Made by a program: the position numbers and the translations under genes. A DNA stretch of 12,652 nucleotides, from UHGV virus genome UHGV-0154273. One strand, written 5' to 3'. The DNA is from a virus. The notes beneath the pieces are model-generated. The model was not told the origin of the DNA, made no database searches, and saw only the letters and a list, made by a program, of their open reading frames with translations. Shown in pieces: positions 7,477-12,652 of this stretch (its first letter is position 1; each line of letters opens with the position of its first letter).

Positions 7477-9321
7477 TCAGAGGTATTTAGCGATGTACTG
7501 CCAGTTGCAGTTTTCAGGGCGGTAGAAGTAAGCAAGCTCATCAGGCGCAGCATCCAGCGCCAGCGATGACCACAGCAGAAACGCGCGGGCAGGTTGACCA
7601 TCGCGCCCGGCTCGTCCAATCATCTGAATGAGGTCAGGCAGGTCATCAGGAATATATGTAACGATGACGTTGCGAATGTCTGGCACATCAGCCCCCAGCC
7701 CGAAGGCTTTAGTAGCAATCAGAATTGCGCCCGGCGTAGTGGCAAACCACTCAGCGTTTGCGTGGCGTTCTTCGTTACTCAAGTGCATCGTCTTCGAGTG
7801 ATATGGGCGCGCCCGGTCGCCTAAGAGTTTCAGGTACGCCCGCAACGTCTTAAGGTCATTGACGAGAATGAGCGTCTTCTCTTCTTTCGGCAGAGCCTCG
7901 ACCAGACCAATAGCCGCTCGGAAACGTTCGCGGCACTGTCTGACTGTCGTCAACTGGATATTTTCGCGAGCAACATCAGCACGGAATGTTACGTAATCAC
8001 CACGGCAGCCAAGCGACGCCATTAAACTGCGCTCATTTTCGCGTAGCAGCGTAGCCGTAAATACGCAGCGTTGAGCCGAAAGAAAGGCATGTTGTAGCGA
8101 GTGCTGCATGGCCTCGTAAGCGGGTCGGAAATCCCAGTCTTTAACCGTGTGCGCTTCGTCGATGATAAAACGATCAACGCCGTAAGCCATCAGCGCCGCG
8201 AAGACCTGACTCGACAGAACAAGATGCTCAGGTGAAACGACAGCAACACGGAACGCCCCGGCAGCCAGCCCCGCGAGTTGTTGAGCGTTGCGGTGCCTCG
8301 GCAACTTGTCACCGAATGCCACAGCGTGAACGCCAGCATCCCGCAACTGGCGGAGAATCTGGCGCTTTAGGGTATTAGTGGGAACCACGATTACAGACAG
8401 GCCAACGCCAGCGCGGGACTCATAAATCAATGGATAAGCGAAGGCGGCGGTCTTGCCATAACCCGTAGGCAGAACGGCCAGCACATCACTACCACGGGAG
8501 AAGATCGCATCAGCAACAGACAACTGCCCCGGCCTCCACTCCAGCCCATCGGGTGGCAACAGGCTAACGCGTGCGTTTCGGTCACAGCGAACCAGCGGGC
8601 GAAACTCATAAGAGGCTGTATTCAGTGACGGCACAGACGGCGACACTGCCAAGCCGTTTGGGTCACAATGATGATTTGTACTGTTAAATTTATCCTCGGT
8701 AGGTTTCGACTCTCCACACCACAATTGACGAAACTCCGCTGAGTCCCCGTAGCGTTTGAAATCTGAATTGCGCATCGCTTCCAGTTTATTCATGCCCCTG
8801 TTGATGCGGTGTATAGTCTTCTCATCACAAATCAGGAACTCGCGGCAGGCTTTGAGAAAAGCATTCTGCCCGGTTGTCGATGCCGAAACGGCGTGCTCGC
8901 GCGGTTTCAATGCGGCATCATCTACGCGAACACCGGGAAAATCAGGCGGCAGCGGGTCAGCATACCGAGCAGGCTTCTTGTTGAGCCACATTTCTATCTC
9001 AGCGCGTCGGCAATGAATTGCGTCACCGGGCTGGATGACTTGCCGCAACCCCGTGTCAGAGCGCTGTTTTTGCTTCTTCGGTTGAACACCATGCAGCGCT
9101 CGCCATTCCCGCAGGGTCATAGCGGAGCCATCAGCATTGTAATAAAACTCTTCGGTCTTCGTGTTGTATGCCGCCTTAACGGGTTTATGCTTTATCGGGC
9201 ATATCTTGGAACGCCGAATAACAATCCCGTCAGCGACCATTTGCTGTACATCTGCGTTTGCGGTATTGAGCGGGTCAGCGTCGGCAGCCTGCGCAAGCAA
9301 ACGGCGTAGGTTCGTTGGCAT
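7477..9321 (-). CDS. RecQ-family superfamily-2 DNA helicase (DEAH box) with an unrecognised ~280-aa N-terminal domain; likely replication helicase of the element
   Basis: Helicase motifs read directly: RPGQ (Q-motif-like), LPTGYGKTAAF (Walker A/motif I), SPEHL, IIDEAHTVKDWDFRPAY (DEAH motif II followed by the RecQ-typical aromatic-rich loop), FTATL (motif III), MIGRAGRDGQ (motif VI). No RQC/HRDC tail. ATG at 9321 with GGAGA SD 9 nt upstream. Confidence 0.9.
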   Translation of the reverse strand: MPTNLRRLLAQAADADPLNTANADVQQMVADGIVIRRSKICPIKHKPVKAAYNTKTEEFYYNADGSAMTLREWRALHGVQPKKQKQRSDTGLRQVIQPGDAIHCRRAEIEMWLNKKPARYADPLPPDFPGVRVDDAALKPREHAVSASTTGQNAFLKACREFLICDEKTIHRINRGMNKLEAMRNSDFKRYGDSAEFRQLWCGESKPTEDKFNSTNHHCDPNGLAVSPSVPSLNTASYEFRPLVRCDRNARVSLLPPDGLEWRPGQLSVADAIFSRGSDVLAVLPTGYGKTAAFAYPLIYESRAGVGLSVIVVPTNTLKRQILRQLRDAGVHAVAFGDKLPRHRNAQQLAGLAAGAFRVAVVSPEHLVLSSQVFAALMAYGVDRFIIDEAHTVKDWDFRPAYEAMQHSLQHAFLSAQRCVFTATLLRENERSLMASLGCRGDYVTFRADVARENIQLTTVRQCRERFRAAIGLVEALPKEEKTLILVNDLKTLRAYLKLLGDRARPYHSKTMHLSNEERHANAEWFATTPGAILIATKAFGLGADVPDIRNVIVTYIPDDLPDLIQMIGRAGRDGQPARAFLLWSSLALDAAPDELAYFYRPENCNWQYIAKYL

Positions 9322-9436
9322 GGTGAAATCTCCAAAATTAAGGTGAGTTTAGAACGAGGCGCAGGACGGCAGCGCCGAGCTGCCCGTAGAGAGAATTTCA
9401 TGTCAGCAGTGACGTTGAATGTTCTGTCCCTCTTTA

Positions 9437-9462
9437 GTAGTGACTTTCATGTAGGTCACTAC
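9437..9462. promoter_or_regulatory. Perfect 8-bp inverted repeat GTAGTGAC-N10-GTCACTAC upstream of the helicase operon; candidate operator
   Basis: Arms at 9437-9444 and 9455-9462, ~115-140 bp upstream of the helicase start codon on the coding-strand side. Confidence 0.35.
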
Positions 9463-9510
9463 GTATGCACAAGCGAGTGGTGTTCGTTTTGCCACAGTAG
9501 AAACTCTAAT

Positions 9511-9529
9511 TTGATTATTTTTTAATCAA
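9511..9529. promoter_or_regulatory. AT-rich inverted repeat TTGATTA-TTTTT-TAATCAA in helicase-recombinase intergenic region
   Basis: 7-bp arms (9511-9517 and 9523-9529) with a 5-nt T spacer, within an AT-rich stretch that may hold the operon promoter or an origin-like region. Confidence 0.25.
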
Positions 9530-10211
9530 CACCTTTGTAAGCCTTGCCCTGTCTGACTTGATGAATGATTTGCTGATAACTTTCAGTAGGTTTGTTGGGA
9601 TGCTGGGATGTAAGGGGTTATAAGCGGCATTGTGAGTACCATATCCCAATATAGTACCGTACCACTACTCTATCCCCGCCGCGTTGACTGCCTGGCAAGC
9701 ACGGTTGCGTGGAGGGCCGAGCATCACAGCGGGCGAAGGCCGGGAATGAGCCAAAGGCGATGGAGCGGGCTGGAGCATAGCGAGAAGCGCAGCCAGTGTA
9801 GAGCGAAAAGCGATAACACTGATTAGGAGAAGGGATGAAAGGGAAGAACCCTTTTCTGTACATGTATTTTAAATGCAACTTTAAAGGTAAAACGAAGGTG
9901 TTGCCCTGCTTCAAATCTAGCTGAGTGATTGGACAACACAGCCTTTGATCCCTTCCCCTGCCCCATCCCTCGAATTGTTCAGTGATAAATCACATTCACA
10001 ATCTGATCTTGATACTCATCGTCTGGCACGGCTAAAGCCCCGCCATCTCTTCATATCAAGAGCCGCAAGTAATACGGAAATACATTATAAATCATACCAT
10101 TACGAGATTAGGCATAACATAAATATCTGATATCAATACAAAAGCTGTAGGCCATCCATCACCCACAGCCCAGTAACGGCCAGTGCTGGCATCTCATCAG
10201 ACTGTAGGTCA

Positions 10212-10844
10212 TCACTCTGTAACGCTGGCGGACAGCTCACGTTTGATACGGTAGAACGTTGCCCGGCTTATCCCGGCAGCTTTCATGATGTGCTCTGGTT
10301 TATTCCCAACGGTAAGCATAGCGCGGACAGTTTCACGGGCGCTCTCATCCTTAGACTTCCCGTTATATTTCCCCTCGGCTTTGGCACGCTTGATGCCCTG
10401 CGCTTGGCGTGCTCTGCGTGTCTCGTAGTCCACTCGTGCCATCGTAGCGAGGATATCAATCAGCATTGCGTTAACAGCTCTCAGGATGCCCTCTGTAAGC
10501 TCTGACGCCGTATCGTTCAGTAGTTGCCATGAGGTTGGCAGGTCAACGGCAACGATCACCAGTCCCTTATCCTGAATCCTCTGTTTCAGTGTCGCCCATT
10601 CCTTTTGCGTAAGGCGGCTTAGCCTGTCGATGCTCTCGACAAGCAAGACCTCTCCGGCCTGCGCATCATCCAGCAAGCGCATTAGTTCAGGACGCGCCAG
10701 CCTCGCACCGCTGGCGTTCTCGATGTACTCCGCCCGTACAGGCCAGCCCCGATCACTGGCGAACTCTCGCAGCAAGCCCAGCGCCCGGTCTGCGTGTTGC
10801 TCTGATGTACTGGCGCGGCAATAGATAAGCGCATTGTGTGCCAT
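10212..10844 (-). CDS. Serine recombinase of the resolvase/invertase family, 210 aa
   Basis: N-terminal catalytic region with YCRASTSEQ (Ser nucleophile motif), RPELMRLL and LLVESIDRLSR, which parallel Hin/resolvase motifs. C-terminal HTH (KAAGISRATFYRIKREL). ATG at 10844 with G-rich SD. Confidence 0.85.
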   Translation of the reverse strand: MAHNALIYCRASTSEQHADRALGLLREFASDRGWPVRAEYIENASGARLARPELMRLLDDAQAGEVLLVESIDRLSRLTQKEWATLKQRIQDKGLVIVAVDLPTSWQLLNDTASELTEGILRAVNAMLIDILATMARVDYETRRARQAQGIKRAKAEGKYNGKSKDESARETVRAMLTVGNKPEHIMKAAGISRATFYRIKRELSASVTE

Positions 10845-10970
10845 GCTTCCCCCTAAGTCTCAATGAAATATCACAGCAAGACCTATAAGAGATCACATCA
10901 ATAATGTGTAGTCAATAGAGTTTTATAGATAGTCAAATGAGACAGTGTGTCTATGTCTTTATCAGGTATA
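10845..10970. promoter_or_regulatory. Candidate res-like / autoregulatory region upstream of the serine recombinase gene
   Basis: Short repeats directly upstream of the recombinase start: direct repeats TAGTCAAT (10909-10916) and TAGTCAAAT (10930-10938), palindrome AGACA-GTG-TGTCT (10940-10952), repeated ATCACA motifs (10870-10900). By analogy with Tn3-family res sites lying just upstream of tnpR; inference only. Confidence 0.25.
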
Positions 10971-11561
10971 CCCGAAAGAGACTGGCACCGCCCCACAGCA
11001 GCATTCCCCGGCACATCCAGCGAACACAGCGTAGAGCGCACGCAGCAGATCAGCACGGCACCGCCACGATCTCGAAATCACAAAGGCATTGAATCACACA
11101 TTGGAAGCACAGAACGCAGCACAGAGCGATACAGATCGTTTTAGAGGGATGTACAGATACACAGTGAAAGGCAGATGATCGCAGCACTCGTCCCACACGG
11201 TTATTCAGCAACAGCAATCAGCCAGCATCTCGCTCAGTAGCACGCTCCTGTAATGCTTGTCTCGGATGAGCAAAATCTTAGGGTTTCTCAGCGACCCCTG
11301 ACGCGCGGGCACGCACATGCACACGGGGGCGCGGGCGAGCTATAGAGTTGAGGGAGGGGCAACCATAAGCGTGCAATTTTCAAGCTGGGACTTTTAACAG
11401 TGGGATTGTGGGGCTGTTTTGCATTCAGAGAGTGAGGCTGTGGGGGAGCCCTCCTTGAACCAAATAATGCGAAACTGATCATTCTTCCACGTAGCTTAGG
11501 CCACTTTGCATGGATAATTAGCACCAAACACAGCAGCCAGTTTAAGAGAAATGCGCGACAT

Positions 11562-11780
11562 CTACCGTCTGCGTTTACCCCAGCGCTGCATTATGGCTCT
11601 GTGTGCTTCATCCGCTGACCATTCAATAGGTACAACAACGTGTACAGGCATTTCATCGCCAGAGGGGGCACCACGTAAATGGACTCTATACCCTAGTTTA
11701 TTAAGTTCTACCTCGGACATCGGTGATATAACCTCGCCGCTATGGCTGCCGCCAACAAACTCAGCTTTAAAATCCAACAT
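11562..11780 (-). CDS. Hypothetical protein, 72 aa
   Basis: ORF whose ATG (11780-11778) is preceded, 1 nt away, by a 9-nt homopolymeric G tract on the coding strand. The plus-strand ORF 11551-11874 covers the same DNA; the minus strand is preferred because of operon orientation but this is uncertain. Confidence 0.4.
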   Translation of the reverse strand: MLDFKAEFVGGSHSGEVISPMSEVELNKLGYRVHLRGAPSGDEMPVHVVVPIEWSADEAHRAIMQRWGKRRR

Positions 11781-11781
11781 G

Positions 11782-11790
11782 CCCCCCCCC
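11782..11790. repeat. Homopolymeric tract C9 (G9 on coding strand) abutting the start codon of the 72-aa gene
   Basis: Nine consecutive C at 11782-11790. Potential slipped-strand phase-variation site or assembly-error hotspot. Confidence 0.9.
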
Positions 11791-11823
11791 TACACACTAA
11801 CAAGAATCATTGAAGGTGTATCA

Positions 11824-11841
11824 CCCAGCAACTACGCTGGG
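11824..11841. promoter_or_regulatory. Hairpin-forming inverted repeat CCCAGC-N6-GCTGGG between the 153-aa and 72-aa genes
   Basis: 6-bp arms (11824-11829 and 11836-11841). No immediate U-run, so terminator function is uncertain. Confidence 0.25.
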
Positions 11842-11870
11842 CAGAACATCACCTCGGACTATCAATCAAC

Positions 11871-12329
11871 TTAGTATCGCTTTGTGTCTCGTAGTATTAC
11901 AGACAGTAACCACCACCATTGGCGTTTGATCCAACAAACATCACTGAACATCTTGCCGTCAGATGTTTTGATATAAACCCCGCCACGATGATGCACTTTG
12001 TTGTGATGAGCCTTATTTATGAATGGCACGTTCAAGACCATTTCGTCTCGTGCTTTCAATCTTTTTGGCAGCATCGGTGTGATCATGTTCTCGTCCGAAT
12101 ATTCGTCGGATAACATTCTAAGGCGTCCACTGGCTGTTACCACACCGGCTGCACTCAACGTTACATCGTGTGCGCTTATGTTCGAAACGTATATCCTGTC
12201 CTCGTGCTGATCACATCCGAGATAAAGCCTTAGCGATGTTCTGGATTTTAGTAATTGAAATACGGACAAAGCAAAACCCGCCCACGCCGCGATCCCTGTC
12301 CAGTTATCTGTTTGGGTGATCCAAGTCAT
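11871..12329 (-). CDS. Predicted membrane-anchored protein, ~152 aa (N-terminal transmembrane helix), in AT-rich cassette
   Basis: ATG at 12329 overlaps the stop of the upstream 75-aa gene (TGATG); the track's start at 12332 is a TTG. N-terminal hydrophobic segment WTGIAAWAGFALSVFQLL. Sampled blocks ~37-40% GC. Confidence 0.6.
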   Translation of the reverse strand: MTWITQTDNWTGIAAWAGFALSVFQLLKSRTSLRLYLGCDQHEDRIYVSNISAHDVTLSAAGVVTASGRLRMLSDEYSDENMITPMLPKRLKARDEMVLNVPFINKAHHNKVHHRGGVYIKTSDGKMFSDVCWIKRQWWWLLSVILRDTKRY

Positions 12330-12556
12330 CAAGGCTGCATCCCCTTCGACATAAGATACTTAACGATCCCTTCTCGTTGCCTATTACTCAGCTGAAAACA
12401 TTTGTCTAGTTGAGATAAAACCTGCTCGACATCATCTGCCAAGATGGCACTAGCTGCACGAGCGGGGAGATCTCCCTGAATTTTGATAGTGAAATACCCT
12501 GAAGATATTGATAGCTTCAAAAAACAACCTGCTGAGAACTCGTAACTCTCGCTCAT
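12329..12556 (-). CDS. Hypothetical protein, 75 aa, first gene of right-end AT-rich cassette
   Basis: ATG at 12556 with AGAGG SD 7 nt upstream. Its promoter would have to lie beyond the compositional junction at ~12557-12571. Confidence 0.5.
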   Translation of the reverse strand: MSESYEFSAGCFLKLSISSGYFTIKIQGDLPARAASAILADDVEQVLSQLDKCFQLSNRQREGIVKYLMSKGMQP

Positions 12557-12571
12557 AACCGCCTCTGTTGA

Positions 12572-12652
12572 CAGTTCGGCGAGCGCATTGCCGACGGCCG
12601 CACGCGTGTGTACCTGGTCAACACCGGCTGGATCGGCGGCGGCTACGGCGTG
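12572..12652 (+). pseudogene. pckA: Internal fragment of an ATP-dependent phosphoenolpyruvate carboxykinase (PckA)-like gene from a high-GC genome; truncated on both sides
   Basis: In-frame translation QFGERIADGRTRVYLVNTGWIGGGYGV contains the YLVNTGW-GG-YG signature of the PckA kinase region. An in-frame TGA lies immediately upstream (12569-12571). The fragment is ~68% GC with G/C-rich third positions, unlike the rest of the window. Confidence 0.45.

Larger units (their letters stand above)
73..12571. mobile_element. Phage- or satellite-like integrative element (integrase, RecQ-like helicase, HNH endonuclease, serine recombinase, accessory cassettes); boundaries not determinable
   Basis: Gene content and organisation. 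Left boundary lost to the adapter; right boundary coincides with an abrupt composition change. No att repeats could be identified because one end is missing. Confidence 0.5.

Noticed and set aside
9905-9920. TTCAAAT motif as a possible tRNA T-loop / tRNA integration target
   Set aside because: No flanking complementary T-stem or acceptor-stem sequences; no tRNA-like structure found anywhere in the window.
10947-11144. Plus-strand 65-aa ORF and minus-strand 79-aa ORF (11288-11527) in the recombinase-upstream region
   Set aside because: Ser/Thr/Arg/Pro-rich translations with no RBS; they sit in compositionally skewed DNA that looks noncoding.
12567-12572. TTGACA hexamer as a -35 promoter element
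   Set aside because: It is on the plus strand, has no acceptable -10 hexamer 16-18 bp downstream, and falls at the junction inside the PckA-like fragment.
1-12652. CRISPR array, rRNA, or a complete lambdoid prophage
   Set aside because: No regularly spaced direct repeats, no rRNA-like sequence, and no terminase large subunit, portal, tail or lysis genes were found.

Overview
The window looks like a whole assembled contig with artefactual or foreign ends. Bases 1-72 are a poly-T run plus an Illumina P7/TruSeq indexed adapter, which cuts off the 5' end of a tyrosine integrase gene (73-834, + strand). The last ~80 bp (12572-12652) are an abrupt high-GC fragment whose translation resembles the NTGW kinase motif region of ATP-dependent PEP carboxykinase (PckA). 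Between these lies an ~12 kb phage- or satellite-like integrative element. Its core is a long minus-strand operon (9321 down to 1641) with tightly coupled genes: a RecQ-family helicase with an unrecognised ~280-aa N-terminal domain, small HTH/hypothetical genes, a Q/N-rich low-complexity protein, a 331-aa protein of unknown function, and an HNH-AP2 endonuclease. There is also a resolvase/invertase-type serine recombinase (10212-10844) flanked by long noncoding regions, and two AT-richer (~40% GC versus ~50-55%) accessory cassettes, one next to the integrase (859-1439) and one at the right end (11562-12556). No terminase large subunit, portal, tail, tRNA, rRNA or CRISPR array was seen. The two AT-rich small-gene cassettes are the best candidates for an undescribed toxin-antitoxin or defence module. 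All functional calls rest on motif reading by eye; no database search was possible.
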